A stretch of 64,000 nt of DNA from Aerococcus sp. (GCA_030528155.1 JAUMZL010000006.1:2907-66906); one strand, 5' to 3'; shown: positions 28,948 to 40,016, counted from the stretch's first letter. Numbers and translations are program-made. Notes: generated by a model not told the origin, from the sequence alone.

Positions 28948-31383
28948 ATGACGGGAGAAGAGACAAAAACGACACCAAAATATGCCGCAGTCATTGTCGA
29001 CGTGCCTACACAGCAGACGGACTGTCCCTTTGATTATGCTATCCCAACCGCCATGCAGGGGCGCATTGCTTTGGGCATGCGGGTGGAAGTGCCGTTTGGT
29101 GTGCGACAAGTGCAGGGATTTGTCGTCAGTTTAATGACTGAGAGTGAGTTTTCCGGCGAAGTCAAATCCCTCACCCGTTTGCTGGATGAAACGCCAGTCC
29201 TTACGCCTGAACTCCTGCAATTATCCCAAACTATGGCGACAACGCTATTTACTTTTCGAATCAAGGCCATGCAAGCCATGCTGCCAGCCATGTTAAAAGC
29301 CAAATATCACAAATATTTTGTGCCCACGGAAACACTCACCCTCTCACATCGCCAGCGCTATTTTGCTGAGCAGGAGGAACGCGAGTGGGACGAGGTGGAA
29401 AAAGCCGGCGCATTAGAAGACTTATTGACCCTAAAAGACCGCGGGGAAGTGAGCGTTAAGTATCAATTGGAAGATCAAAAACGTTTGCGCACGGAGAAGT
29501 GGATTCAGCCGTTGCTCTCAGCTCAACAGCTGATGGAAAGGCGTGGATCACTCTCTAAGGGGGCCAAGAAACAGCAACTATTGGCCGATATTCTGATAGA
29601 ACTGGATGGCAAGCGCTTGGCGGTAAAAGAGTTGCAAGCGGAATATGCCATTTCACTCGCCACCATTCGCCGCCTTGAGGACAAAGGGTGGTTGAAACTG
29701 TTTGACGTGCAGGTGAATCGCGACCCTTATTGGGATAAATTCCAAATGCAGGCGAAACCAAAGCCACTCCAACCACAGCAACAGCACGCCTATGACCAGG
29801 TGAGGGCTACTATGGATCGCCCACAAGCGAAGACCTTTCTTTTGCAGGGAGTGACGGGAAGCGGCAAGACTGAGGTGTATCTGCAATTGATCCAGCATGC
29901 TCGCCAGCAAGGAAAAGATGCCATTTTATTGGTGCCAGAAATCAGTTTGACGCCACAAATGGTGCGCCAGTTGAAGGAACGCTTCGGCCGAGAAGTGGCA
30001 GTGCTTCACAGTCGTTTATCGATTGGGGAACAATTCGATGAGTGGCAGAAGATGAAGGAGGGCCATGCGCATATTGTCGTCGGGGCGCGCTCCTCCATTT
30101 TTGCACCGCTGAATCATCTCGGCATTATTATTATCGATGAAGAACATGAAACGAGCTATAAGCAGCAGAATGATCCGCGCTACCATGCCAGAAATATTGC
30201 CAAATGGCGCGCTGAGTACCATCAGTGTCCGGTAGTGTTGGGGAGCGCAACGCCGTCGTTGGAGTCACGGGCACGCGCCCAGAATCACCGCTATGAGCTC
30301 TTATTGATGCCTGAGCGTACGAATAAAAAACCACTGCCCGCAGTAGAGGTCGTGGATATGCGTGAGGAATATAAACGTAAGAATTACCATCTGTTTTCCG
30401 AAGCCCTGTACCAAGCCATCCAACAAGCGGTTGGGGAGGGGCATCAGGTAGCCTTACTATTGAATCGGCGCGGATACGCGAACTATGTAATGTGCCGCGA
30501 TTGTGGGCATGTGTTCATGTGCAAGAATTGTAGCGTGGCATTGACCTATCATTATCAAGAGAAAACAATGAAATGCCACTATTGCGGCTACAACGAACCC
30601 CTCCCGCAACGCTGCCCGGTCTGCCAGGGTCAACATTTGCGTGACTTTGGGACAGGAACGGAGCGAGTGGAACAAGAATTGAAGGAACTTTTGCCTGCGT
30701 ATCGTGTGGTACGTATGGATAACGATACCACACGGAAGAAAAATGCCTACGAAAAGATTCTGACTCAGGTTCGCGACCGGAAAGCGGATATTCTCTTGGG
30801 AACGCAGATGATCGCCAAAGGACTTGATTTTCCAAATATCACGTTAGTTGGCGTGCTGAATGCCGATACCTCGCTTTATTTGCCGGATTTTCGGGCGTCT
30901 GAGCGCACCTTCCAGCTGTTGACGCAGGTGAGTGGGCGGGCAGGACGCGGTGAGGAAACCGGGCGCGTGATTTTTCAAACGTTCAACCCGGATCATTACG
31001 CCATTCAATGTGCTAAAGCACAGGATTATCAGCGCTTCTATCAACTGGAGATGCAATATCGCAAACTTAATCGCTATTCGCCGTACTACTTCACGGTGCG
31101 CTTCACTATCACGCATTTTGATGAACAAGATGCCCTGAAAGCAGCCCTAACTTTGGCAGAGACATTGAAGGCAGAGGCTAGGGGGACGGGGGACCGCGTA
31201 ATTGGCCCAAGTAAGAGTGCTATTATTCGTTTAAATAATGCGTATTATTTCCAAATTCTTTACCAATATCGTGACCCCAAAATCATGCAGAATATGTTAA
31301 CCTTGTTGCGTAATACTGCCCAAGAATGGGAGAAACAACATATTCATCTCAATATCGATGTGGAACCGCAGCATTTTCTCTAG
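28948..31383 (+). CDS. priA: Primosomal protein N'
   Basis: GVTGSGKTEVY, DEEHETSYKQ, CRDCG/CKNC/CHYCG/CPVC zinc motifs, QVSGRAGR; AAGGAGG RBS. Confidence 0.97.
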   Translation: MTGEETKTTPKYAAVIVDVPTQQTDCPFDYAIPTAMQGRIALGMRVEVPFGVRQVQGFVVSLMTESEFSGEVKSLTRLLDETPVLTPELLQLSQTMATTLFTFRIKAMQAMLPAMLKAKYHKYFVPTETLTLSHRQRYFAEQEEREWDEVEKAGALEDLLTLKDRGEVSVKYQLEDQKRLRTEKWIQPLLSAQQLMERRGSLSKGAKKQQLLADILIELDGKRLAVKELQAEYAISLATIRRLEDKGWLKLFDVQVNRDPYWDKFQMQAKPKPLQPQQQHAYDQVRATMDRPQAKTFLLQGVTGSGKTEVYLQLIQHARQQGKDAILLVPEISLTPQMVRQLKERFGREVAVLHSRLSIGEQFDEWQKMKEGHAHIVVGARSSIFAPLNHLGIIIIDEEHETSYKQQNDPRYHARNIAKWRAEYHQCPVVLGSATPSLESRARAQNHRYELLLMPERTNKKPLPAVEVVDMREEYKRKNYHLFSEALYQAIQQAVGEGHQVALLLNRRGYANYVMCRDCGHVFMCKNCSVALTYHYQEKTMKCHYCGYNEPLPQRCPVCQGQHLRDFGTGTERVEQELKELLPAYRVVRMDNDTTRKKNAYEKILTQVRDRKADILLGTQMIAKGLDFPNITLVGVLNADTSLYLPDFRASERTFQLLTQVSGRAGRGEETGRVIFQTFNPDHYAIQCAKAQDYQRFYQLEMQYRKLNRYSPYYFTVRFTITHFDEQDALKAALTLAETLKAEARGTGDRVIGPSKSAIIRLNNAYYFQILYQYRDPKIMQNMLTLLRNTAQEWEKQHIHLNIDVEPQHFL

Positions 31384-31483
31384 GTCTGTGACTGAACGAT
31401 AAAAGCGTCCATTCAGCTTTTTGGGCGGGTTAAAAGAAAAAGGTATTGCTTTTGATGAAACATCAATAAAAAGGAGTTTTAAC

Positions 31484-32458
31484 GTGAAAAAAATTATGTT
31501 TATGGGGACCCCAGCTTTTTCAGTGAAACCGCTCGAAGCGCTGATTGCGTCTCCTCATTATGAGGTGGTAGGTGTGGTGACTCAGCCAGATCGTCCCGTT
31601 GGCCGCAAGCATCGCTTACAGCCGAGTCCGGTGAAGAAAGTAGCCGTAGCCCATGACATCCCCGTTTTTCAACCGGAACGCATCAGCCGGGATCATGATA
31701 TTCCAGCCTTTATTGCTGAAAAAGAGGTAGATTTGATTGTGACTGCAGCATTTGGACAGTTCTTGCCGATGCAATTGTTGGAATTGCCGACAGAAGGGGC
31801 CATCAACGTGCATGCGAGCCTCTTGCCAAAATATCGCGGTGGGGCACCGGTGCATTACGCTATCTGGCAAGGTGAAAAAGAAACGGGTGTGACGATTATG
31901 CGCATGGTGAAGCAGATGGATGCTGGGAATATTATTACCCAACGCGCGCTACCGATCGAAGCGACCGATACCGTTGCCATCTTATTTGATAAGTTGAGCG
32001 AGTTGGGAACAGCGCTCTTGCTAGACACTTTGCCATTGATTTTCAATCACGAAGCGACCGAAACACCACAAGTGGAGGAGGAAGCGACCTATTCTCCTGC
32101 TATTACGCGCGCACAAGAGCGCATTGATTGGCAGGACAATGCGGAACAGATTGAACGCCAAATCCGCGCGTTCAATAGTTGGCCGGTTGCCCATACGGTG
32201 ATGGGAGGCGTACGTTACAAACTTTGGGGCAGTCGTGTTTTAACAGATACTACTACTGCTACACCGGGGACAATTATCCAATTGACGAAAAAACCCGCTC
32301 AACTGGCAGTGGCTTGTGGTGAAGGTAGTGTATTGTCGTTAACGGAAATTCAACCAGCCGGCAAGAAAGCTATGCCCATTGCGAGTTTCATTAACGGTGG
32401 CAGTGGCGGATTAACGGTTGGCGATCGATTCGAAAGTCGTGGCGCTCATGGCGAATAA
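31484..32458 (+). CDS. fmt: Methionyl-tRNA formyltransferase
   Basis: FMGTPAF, VVTQPDRP, INVHASLLPKYRGGAP; GTG start after AAGGAG. Confidence 0.97.
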   Translation: MKKIMFMGTPAFSVKPLEALIASPHYEVVGVVTQPDRPVGRKHRLQPSPVKKVAVAHDIPVFQPERISRDHDIPAFIAEKEVDLIVTAAFGQFLPMQLLELPTEGAINVHASLLPKYRGGAPVHYAIWQGEKETGVTIMRMVKQMDAGNIITQRALPIEATDTVAILFDKLSELGTALLLDTLPLIFNHEATETPQVEEEATYSPAITRAQERIDWQDNAEQIERQIRAFNSWPVAHTVMGGVRYKLWGSRVLTDTTTATPGTIIQLTKKPAQLAVACGEGSVLSLTEIQPAGKKAMPIASFINGGSGGLTVGDRFESRGAHGE

Positions 32459-33842
32459 GTCAGCGTTGCTTCATTCAGCGCGCTACCAAGCGATGTTGCT
32501 GCTCAGTGAGGTCATGCAGGAGAAGGTGTTCATTAATGAAGGCCTGGCGAAAGTATTGGATAGTGGACGGATTCCTGAACGCGATCAGGCTCTCACCACA
32601 CAGCTAGTGTACGGGACCATGCAATACCACTACACGTTAGATCGCCTGCTCAAATCCTTCATCAAGCGCCCAAAGCAAGTTAAACGCTGGGCATGGGAGT
32701 TGTTGGCGCTCAGTAGCTATCAATATTTTTACCTCGACCAAATTCCCCCGCATGCAATCGTTAATGAAGCGGTGGAAATTGCTAAACAGCGCGGTAACGC
32801 CACGGTGGCGCGCTTCGTGAATGGGGTGTTGCGCCACATGCTCCGTCAGTACCAAACGATCGATCAAGCCATCGCCACCCTTGCATCATCAGAACAGGAC
32901 GCGATCGCCATGCGTTACAGCTTGCCAGAAATGTGGCTAGATTATTTCATCAAGCGGTTTGGTATTGAGGAGGCCGAGCGACTCGCCAAAAGCCTCGTTA
33001 TGCCCTCCCATGTGAATGTGCGCATCAACCAAACGAAAGGCTGGTCGCTTGTGCAAGTACAGGCTGAACTAGAAAAATTAGGTTATATCAGTCAGCCGAG
33101 TGCGATTGCTCCTAACATGCTCCAGATTGAGCAGGGGAATCCATCTACCAGCTCGCTATTTGCCGAGGGTGTGATTACCATTCAGGATGAATCGGCCAGT
33201 TTAGCAGTTGAAATGCTCGCACCAAAACCAGGGGAACATGTACTTGATGCGTGTGCGGCACCGGGTGGTAAGACCGTCCAACTTGCCGAAGCAGTGGGGA
33301 AAACGGGACAGGTGGAATCCTTGGATCTCGATGCGACGAAACTCCCTCGCATTGAAGCTAATATCAGTCGGATGGGGGTTGGCGAGTGGGTGAATGTGCG
33401 CGCACAGGATGCTAGAGAGCTCCATCGGGTTTACAAAGCTGAACAGTTTGATCGTATCTTAGTGGACGCACCATGCTCTGGTGTTGGCTTGTTCCGGCGT
33501 AAACCGGATACAAAACAGCACAAGACCTTGGCAGATTTGAAAGCCCTCCAACGCATCCAATTAGAAATTCTCGATGCAGCAACACCATTATTAAAAAAAG
33601 GTGGGCATTTCGTTTATAGTACTTGTACAATAACAACAGAGGAGAATGAGCAGGTGGTCTCTGCCTATCTCAAGCAGCATCCAGAAATGCAATTGGTGCC
33701 GATAATATTACCGGAAGATCAACCACTGAAACAGGCACTGACCAAACAAGGGACGTTAGAAATTCTTCCGCATTATTTTAATAGCGATGGCTTTTTCATC
33801 GCACATTTCATAAAAACAACAGATCAAACAAATCATGAATAG
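32448..33842 (+). CDS. rsmB: 16S rRNA m5C967 methyltransferase (Sun)
   Basis: NusB-like N-terminus, LDACAAPGGKT, ILVDAPCSG, YSTCT. Confidence 0.95.
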   Translation: MANKSALLHSARYQAMLLLSEVMQEKVFINEGLAKVLDSGRIPERDQALTTQLVYGTMQYHYTLDRLLKSFIKRPKQVKRWAWELLALSSYQYFYLDQIPPHAIVNEAVEIAKQRGNATVARFVNGVLRHMLRQYQTIDQAIATLASSEQDAIAMRYSLPEMWLDYFIKRFGIEEAERLAKSLVMPSHVNVRINQTKGWSLVQVQAELEKLGYISQPSAIAPNMLQIEQGNPSTSSLFAEGVITIQDESASLAVEMLAPKPGEHVLDACAAPGGKTVQLAEAVGKTGQVESLDLDATKLPRIEANISRMGVGEWVNVRAQDARELHRVYKAEQFDRILVDAPCSGVGLFRRKPDTKQHKTLADLKALQRIQLEILDAATPLLKKGGHFVYSTCTITTEENEQVVSAYLKQHPEMQLVPIILPEDQPLKQALTKQGTLEILPHYFNSDGFFIAHFIKTTDQTNHE

Positions 33843-33860
33843 GACGAAGAGGTGAAATAA

Positions 33861-34604
33861 ATGGAAATCGCCCAACTCACAGACGTTGGTGAACGCCGCC
33901 ACAGCAATCAAGACCAGGCGGGGGTCTTCTACAACCAGGCTCATGAACCCATTTTGATTCTCTGCGATGGCATGGGAGGACATAATGCTGGTGATGTCGC
34001 TAGTGAAATGGCTCTCTATCAAGTCGGCGTTGCCTGGGAAGAGACAGAACATAAGCCACTCGCTGAGGTGAAGGCGTGGTTGAATACCATCATCAAAGCC
34101 ACCAATCAACGAGTACTCGAACAGTCGCAAAAATATCAAGATCTCACGGGGATGGGAACCACCTTGGTGTGCTTTGTGCCACAAGGGGAGCAAGGGATTG
34201 TCGCGCATGTTGGCGATAGTCGACTCTATCAATGTCACAAGGATGTCATGATCCAGTTAACCAAGGATCATTCCTACGTACAGGAGCTCGTAGATAGCGA
34301 AATGATCACGAAAGAGGAGGCGCGCAATCATCCCCAGAAAAACATTGTGACCCAATCCATCGGCGTGACGGCGGATGTCAATGTGTCTTTTAGCACTATC
34401 ACGATAACCCCAGGAGATCTCTACATCCTCTGTTCAGATGGATTGACCGATATGTTGGCAGACGATGAGATCCTCGGCGTGCTAGAGAATGCACCGACGC
34501 TGAATGAAGCCGTTCAAGAGCTTATTGACCGCGCCAATCAAGCGGGAGGATACGACAATATTACCGTTCTGCTAATGCGTGCGGAAGGAGGAGAAGACGA
34601 ATGA
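33861..34604 (+). CDS. stp: PP2C-type Ser/Thr phosphatase
   Basis: TDVG.RR..NQD, CDGMGGH, HVGDSR, LCSDGL, GGYDNIT. Confidence 0.95.
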   Translation: MEIAQLTDVGERRHSNQDQAGVFYNQAHEPILILCDGMGGHNAGDVASEMALYQVGVAWEETEHKPLAEVKAWLNTIIKATNQRVLEQSQKYQDLTGMGTTLVCFVPQGEQGIVAHVGDSRLYQCHKDVMIQLTKDHSYVQELVDSEMITKEEARNHPQKNIVTQSIGVTADVNVSFSTITITPGDLYILCSDGLTDMLADDEILGVLENAPTLNEAVQELIDRANQAGGYDNITVLLMRAEGGEDE

Positions 34605-36580
34605 GACCAGGACAAGTGATTGATGGCCGTTATGAAATCATTCGTCACATCGGGTCTGGTGGCATGGCGACGGTCTATTTGGCACTAGATTCCATTTTAA
34701 ACCGGGAAGTCGCAATTAAATTCCTCAGACTGAGCGCTAATTCCGATGAAAATGCCCTGCGCCGCTTTCAACGCGAGGCGTATTCGATTGCCGAACTGAA
34801 TCATCCCAATATCGTGAATATCTATGATATCGGTGACAATGAGGATGGTAATTACATCGTGATGGAATACGTCGATGGAATTGACCTGAAACGCTATATC
34901 AAGGAAAATCAGCCACTCGCTCCTGAAACTGTGCAATCGATCCTCGCTCAGATTTTAGATGGCATGCAGACGGCACACGATCATTACGTGATTCACCGCG
35001 ACTTAAAACCGCAAAATATCATGATCAAACCGGACGGTACGGTGAAAATCATGGACTTTGGGATTGCAGTGATCTCAACAGAAACGTCCATCACGCAGAC
35101 CAATACGATCATTGGCTCTGTTCACTATCTCTCGCCAGAACAGGCGCGGGGGGGAAGTGCAACCCCACAATCAGACATCTATGCTTTGGGGATTGTTGGC
35201 TATGAGATGCTGACAGGAAGCGTCCCGTTTGATGGCGAATCAGCTGTCAGCATCGCTATCAAGCATTTCCAAGAACCGCTACCGGACATCGGTGCCGTGC
35301 GCGATGATGTGCCTATCGCTCTGCAGAATGTGATCTACAAGGCCACCGCTAAAACGCCATCAGAACGGTATGAGAGCTGTCAAGCTATGCGCGAAGATTT
35401 ATTGAACGCCTTAGATCCTGACCGCTTAGAAGAGGAGCGTTTCGTTGCGCCGATAGCGAATGAGGAGACGGTCGTCATGGCGACGGCTGATATTACGGAA
35501 CAATTGACGGGAAATACCGCCATTCTATCTTCGCAAACGTCCCTGCCAGAGCGCCATACGGATGAACCTAAAGAAGAAAAGCCAGCACAACCAAAGCCAA
35601 AACCCACCAAGAAGAAAGAAAAAACCTCTGCACGTTGGCCACGGCTACTGATCCTATTGGGAGGCATTATCATCTTCTTATCGGTCATTTTTATGGTGGT
35701 GTTCGGTAGAGAAGGTGGCAGGGAAGTGCCTGACTTACGAGGGTTGACACGCACTGAAGCGGAGAGCCGCTTGGAAGAAGAAGGATTTACTCTAGGTGAC
35801 GAAACGCACGCCTACAGTGAAGAGGTCGCCAAAGATCGCGTGATTTCTTCTAACCCAAGAGAAGGAACCAAAGCTTCCAAAGACACCCGCATCAGTATTA
35901 CGGTGAGCGATGGGAAAGAACCGAAGCAAGTACCAAATGTGGTGAATAAAACCTATGATGAGGCGAAGAAACAGCTAGAAGATATGGGCTTTACCGTTCA
36001 GCGAGGCGATGATCAGTTCAGTGATACGGTCCAAGAAGGGAATGTCCTGAAACAGAGTGTGGATGAAAATCAGAAAGTCATTCCATCAGAAACCACCATC
36101 ATGTTGATAGTGAGCCAAGGACCAGAAACGATGACCATGCCTAATATGTTGGGGTGGAGTCAGGCCGCTGTTCAGGATTATGCCGACCGTAACGCGTTGA
36201 GTGTCTCCTTTACCGAAGATTACTCGGATCGTTACTCGCAAGGGCAGGTCATGGAACAGAGCATTACGGCTAACAGCACCATCAAACGTGGCGATACATT
36301 GAGCATTACGATCTCCAAAGGTAAGAAACCTGAATCGAAGGAAGTACGTTTCACTTATGATGTCACCATTCCGTCCAAAGGTAGCAAAGATAATGAGATC
36401 GAAATCTACATTGAAGATAAGAATCATAAATACAGTGATGTTGCTGATTCCTTCACCATCAGTAGTGACCGCCGTTATCACTTCACCTTTACTACCGATT
36501 CGGGTGGACCGGCGCGCTTCAAGATTGTCCGTGACGGGCAAAAGATTATGGAAAACCGGGTGGTTCCAGATGATGAATAA
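34601..36580 (+). CDS. prkC: PASTA-domain Ser/Thr kinase (PrkC/Stk1)
   Basis: IGSGGMATVY, HRDLKPQN, MDFGIA, YLSPEQ; TM; three PASTA repeats. Confidence 0.96.
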   Translation: MRPGQVIDGRYEIIRHIGSGGMATVYLALDSILNREVAIKFLRLSANSDENALRRFQREAYSIAELNHPNIVNIYDIGDNEDGNYIVMEYVDGIDLKRYIKENQPLAPETVQSILAQILDGMQTAHDHYVIHRDLKPQNIMIKPDGTVKIMDFGIAVISTETSITQTNTIIGSVHYLSPEQARGGSATPQSDIYALGIVGYEMLTGSVPFDGESAVSIAIKHFQEPLPDIGAVRDDVPIALQNVIYKATAKTPSERYESCQAMREDLLNALDPDRLEEERFVAPIANEETVVMATADITEQLTGNTAILSSQTSLPERHTDEPKEEKPAQPKPKPTKKKEKTSARWPRLLILLGGIIIFLSVIFMVVFGREGGREVPDLRGLTRTEAESRLEEEGFTLGDETHAYSEEVAKDRVISSNPREGTKASKDTRISITVSDGKEPKQVPNVVNKTYDEAKKQLEDMGFTVQRGDDQFSDTVQEGNVLKQSVDENQKVIPSETTIMLIVSQGPETMTMPNMLGWSQAAVQDYADRNALSVSFTEDYSDRYSQGQVMEQSITANSTIKRGDTLSITISKGKKPESKEVRFTYDVTIPSKGSKDNEIEIYIEDKNHKYSDVADSFTISSDRRYHFTFTTDSGGPARFKIVRDGQKIMENRVVPDDE

Positions 36581-37469
36581 CCATCAGGAAACCGGCCAGA
36601 TTGTCCAGGCCTTGAGCGGCTTTTACGATGTGAAACTTGAGGATGGGCGCATTGAGCGGACGCGTGCCCGCGGTCAATTCAGAAAGACCAAGCAGACGCC
36701 ACTCGTGGGAGATTTCGTGAAGGTTCAGCTCGATGATAAGGGTGAGAGTCTCGTGACGGAGATTCTGCCACGCAAAAATACTATGCAACGCCCGCCTGTT
36801 GCGAATGTTGATGTGGCATTGGTTGTGGTATCGGTGACCTATCCGGAAATTCCGCTCAAATTAGTGGATCGTTTGCTAGTCTATGCGGAGAGCCTCAGCA
36901 TCCAACCCATTCTCTATCTTACAAAATGGGATTTATTGGAAAATGAAACAGAGCAAATGGCCGTGCGGGAACGGTTTTCCATTTACGAAAACATCGGTTA
37001 CCCTGTCGTTTGGAGTGAACCCAAAGATCAACGTGATCAAGCGCTCAGCGAAGCTATTGCGGGGCGTACCATGGTCGTCATGGGGCAGTCGGGCGTGGGG
37101 AAAACGACCCTGTTAAATGAATTATTGCCCAATAAAACGTTAGAGACGGCAGATATCTCGAAAGCATTGGGACGGGGACGACACACGACACGCCATGTGG
37201 AGATCCACCAAGTATTAGCCGGACAGGTGATCGATACACCAGGCTTTTCCTCGCTGTCCTTAACGGCGATTCCACTGGATCAGTTAGCGATGAACTTCCC
37301 GGAAATCTGGGCATTACAGCCTGAATGTAAATTCCGTGGGTGTCGCCATCTTAAAGAACCCCAGTGTGCGGTAAAAGCCGCTGTCGAAGCCGGTACAATT
37401 GCCCAGAGTCGTTACGATAATTATGTGGCGTTTTACGAAGAAATTGAGGCAAACAGCCAAATCTATTAA
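36570..37469 (+). CDS. rsgA: Ribosome small-subunit-dependent GTPase A
   Basis: GQSGVGKTT, GRHTTR, DTPGFS, CKFRGC.H..EPQC; start 36570 or 36573. Confidence 0.95.
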   Translation: MMNNHQETGQIVQALSGFYDVKLEDGRIERTRARGQFRKTKQTPLVGDFVKVQLDDKGESLVTEILPRKNTMQRPPVANVDVALVVVSVTYPEIPLKLVDRLLVYAESLSIQPILYLTKWDLLENETEQMAVRERFSIYENIGYPVVWSEPKDQRDQALSEAIAGRTMVVMGQSGVGKTTLLNELLPNKTLETADISKALGRGRHTTRHVEIHQVLAGQVIDTPGFSSLSLTAIPLDQLAMNFPEIWALQPECKFRGCRHLKEPQCAVKAAVEAGTIAQSRYDNYVAFYEEIEANSQIY

Positions 37470-37498
37470 TAATGATCGATCAGTAAGGAGAGACTTCA

Positions 37499-38167
37499 AT
37501 GAAAATTGCACCATCAATTCTCAGTGCGGACTTCGCACATTTACAACAAGATATTACCCTCGTTGAACAGGCCGGCGCAGAATGGCTACACATCGATGTG
37601 ATGGATGGCCATTTCGTCCCCAACCTCACATTCGGTACCGGTGTGATCAAAGCAATCCGTCCGCATTCTAATCTCGTGTTTGACTGCCACATGATGGTCG
37701 AACATCCAGAACATTATATTGCTGATTTAGCAGCAGCCGGTGCGGATAGCGTGACAATCCACGTTGAATCCACCCCGCACCTCCATTCCGTGCTCCAACA
37801 AATCCAAAAAGCAGGGATGAAGGCAGCAGTAGCGATTAACCCAGCCACCCCTGTGAGCGCGCTGCATCCCATCTTAAGCATGGTGGACATGGTGTTAGTG
37901 ATGACCGTGAATCCAGGCTTTGGCGGGCAACAATTCATTCCAGAAACACTCGCTAAAATCCACGAATTAAACATGATTCGTTCTGCTCAACAGCTCGATT
38001 TCGTTATCGAAGTGGATGGAGGCATTAAACCGGACACGGCGAAACGTTGTTTAGATGAAGGCGCGGATATCTTTGTCGCCGGTTCTTACGTCTTTGGTGC
38101 GCCTGATCCAGCCGAAGCAATCGCCAACCTCAAGGCAGCTGAGCAAGCGGGTGACAACCGTGCGTAA
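37499..38167 (+). CDS. rpe: Ribulose-phosphate 3-epimerase
   Basis: APSILSADF, HIDVMDGHFVPN, VMTVNPGFGGQ, EVDGG. Confidence 0.97.
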   Translation: MKIAPSILSADFAHLQQDITLVEQAGAEWLHIDVMDGHFVPNLTFGTGVIKAIRPHSNLVFDCHMMVEHPEHYIADLAAAGADSVTIHVESTPHLHSVLQQIQKAGMKAAVAINPATPVSALHPILSMVDMVLVMTVNPGFGGQQFIPETLAKIHELNMIRSAQQLDFVIEVDGGIKPDTAKRCLDEGADIFVAGSYVFGAPDPAEAIANLKAAEQAGDNRA

Positions 38168-38867
38168 TGCTTATTTCATCGGGAGTGGCCCGTTTGATGC
38201 GGAAGCTTTTCAAGAAGATCTCGCTGCTGACGAAGCACAGGCCAAAGCAAAAGGTGAAAGCTTCCACGCTTATTTCATCGGGTGTGACCGCGGTGCCCGC
38301 CGGTTCGTTGAGATGGAAGGGGAGCGCCCCCCTAAGCTTGATTTAGCGATTGGTGATTACGATTCAATCACCGAAGCACAACGCCAAGTCGTATTAGAAA
38401 ATGCCGGGCGCTTCATTAGTTTGCCAGCGGAGAAGGACGAAACGGACACGGAGGCAGCGATCAATGAAGTCATCAATACCTATCCACCGATGGATCATTA
38501 TTTGTTCTATGGGATGTTGGCTGGGCGGTTGGATCATACGCTCCATAACGTGTGGTTGGGGCGGCAACCGCGTTACCAGGACGTGATTGAGCAATTTGAG
38601 TTTCGCAGTGACGACAACGTCATGACCTTTCTGAAACCAGGGAGCCATATCTTAAAGCAAATGACAGGGATGAAATATCTATCCTTCATCGCTTTGGAAA
38701 CCGTCACTGGCTTGGATCTCATTGAAGCCAAATACCCACTGGCTAATTACGACATGCCGTTTGCGCAATCCATGATTAGTAACGAATTTATTGGACCAGA
38801 AATGACCATTCAATTCAAAACCGGCATTATGTTGGCATTGCATACCCGTGATGCGCAGTCAATATAA
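38160..38867 (+). CDS. thiN: Thiamine pyrophosphokinase
   Basis: FIGCDRGA, AIGDYDSI, EKDETDTE, GRLDH; GTG start overlapping the rpe stop. Confidence 0.9.
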   Translation: MRNAYFIGSGPFDAEAFQEDLAADEAQAKAKGESFHAYFIGCDRGARRFVEMEGERPPKLDLAIGDYDSITEAQRQVVLENAGRFISLPAEKDETDTEAAINEVINTYPPMDHYLFYGMLAGRLDHTLHNVWLGRQPRYQDVIEQFEFRSDDNVMTFLKPGSHILKQMTGMKYLSFIALETVTGLDLIEAKYPLANYDMPFAQSMISNEFIGPEMTIQFKTGIMLALHTRDAQSI

Positions 38868-39002
38868 AAAGGGACTTGCGTTATGGGGTCTCGTTATGAT
38901 AAAGTGGTTTAGTATTTGATGTTCACTTGAATGAACATGAAGAGTCTTCGCTACTAGGACAACTGTCTTGCGAAGAATCCATAGAAAGGAGCCCTGCTAG
39001 CT

Positions 39003-39191
39003 ATGTCAAGAAAATCTTACTTTAGTGGAAAAGGTACGACTTTCGGTAACACTCGTTCTCACGCTTTGAACGCTAACCGTCGTACATTCAAACCAAATCT
39101 CCAAAAAGTTCGCGTAATGATCGATGGCAAACCTAAAAAAGTTTGGGTTACTGCTCGCGAATTAAAATCTGGCAAAATTAAACGTGCCTAA
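39003..39191 (+). CDS. rpmB: 50S ribosomal protein L28
   Basis: [33 protein letters not shown]. Confidence 0.97.
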   Translation: MSRKSYFSGKGTTFGNTRSHALNANRRTFKPNLQKVRVMIDGKPKKVWVTARELKSGKIKRA

Positions 39192-39214
39192 CATGCGTTG
39201 GGCACTTCTAACCT

Positions 39215-39251
39215 AAAGCGACACGGCAATCAAACTGTGGTCGCTTTTTTT
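39215..39251 (+). terminator. rpmB terminator
   Basis: AAAGCGAC/GTCGCTTT followed by a T-run. Confidence 0.7.
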
Positions 39252-39399
39252 GTGCTTCAAGCCGCTATGCTTTTCTTTGCTTAGGGAATGTGCCAAACTG
39301 ATAATGAGGGAGTTTATCCATAAAAAATCAAGGCCGGCCAACACCGCCAAACTAGCGCTATAAAAGACCAGCTAGAACAGCAAGAAAGGGAGTTTTATC

Positions 39400-39912
39400 A
39401 TGGGATTCTTTGATTTTTTGAAGAAGGAAGAAACACCACGCCAAAAGACAATTGCACTGCGATCACCATTAGCCGGGAAAATCGTACCGCTAGAGGATGT
39501 GCCTGATCAAGTATTTGCGGGTGAAATGATGGGCAAGGGGATTGCCATTCAACCGGAAATGCGTGAACAAACCGTCCTTTCTCCAGTTTCTGGCAAGATC
39601 GTGAGTGTATTTCCAACGAAGCATGCCGTGACCATCCGCACCGCGGAAGGACTAGAATTACTGATCCATCTCGGCCTCGATACGGTAGAACTGGAAGGAA
39701 AAGGATTTGAAGCGCTGATTCAAGATGGCGATACGGTCAAAGTAGGGGATGAATTGATGATGGTGGATTTTCCAGCCATTGATCAGGAAGGCTATGCGAC
39801 AGTGACGCCCCTAGTGATCACCAATGGCAGTGACACGCTGCACTTGGACCAAGTCGCATCCGGTGAAGTAAAAGCTGGAGAAGAGCTACTGATGATGACG
39901 ATTAAGGAGTAG
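39400..39912 (+). CDS. Stand-alone PTS EIIA, glucose family
   Basis: VPDQVFAGEMMGKGIAI, FPTKHA, LLIHLGLDTVEL (phospho-His). Confidence 0.93.
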   Translation: MGFFDFLKKEETPRQKTIALRSPLAGKIVPLEDVPDQVFAGEMMGKGIAIQPEMREQTVLSPVSGKIVSVFPTKHAVTIRTAEGLELLIHLGLDTVELEGKGFEALIQDGDTVKVGDELMMVDFPAIDQEGYATVTPLVITNGSDTLHLDQVASGEVKAGEELLMMTIKE

Positions 39913-39978
39913 GCATTATTGCCATAAAAAATAAGACTAGATGAATTCGTAGGAAGCCTAGTCAATGAATAAAGCAGG

Positions 39979-40016
39979 AACGCCTGTCGAACCTTGTGTG
40001 CGACAGGCGTTTTTTT
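39979..40016 (+). terminator. Terminator after EIIA
   Basis: AACGCCTGTCG/CGACAGGCGTT followed by a T-run. Confidence 0.8.

Noticed and set aside
39003-39191. L28 lacks cysteines (zinc-free paralogue?)
   Set aside because: Cys-poor L28 is common in Lactobacillales and it sits at the normal core locus
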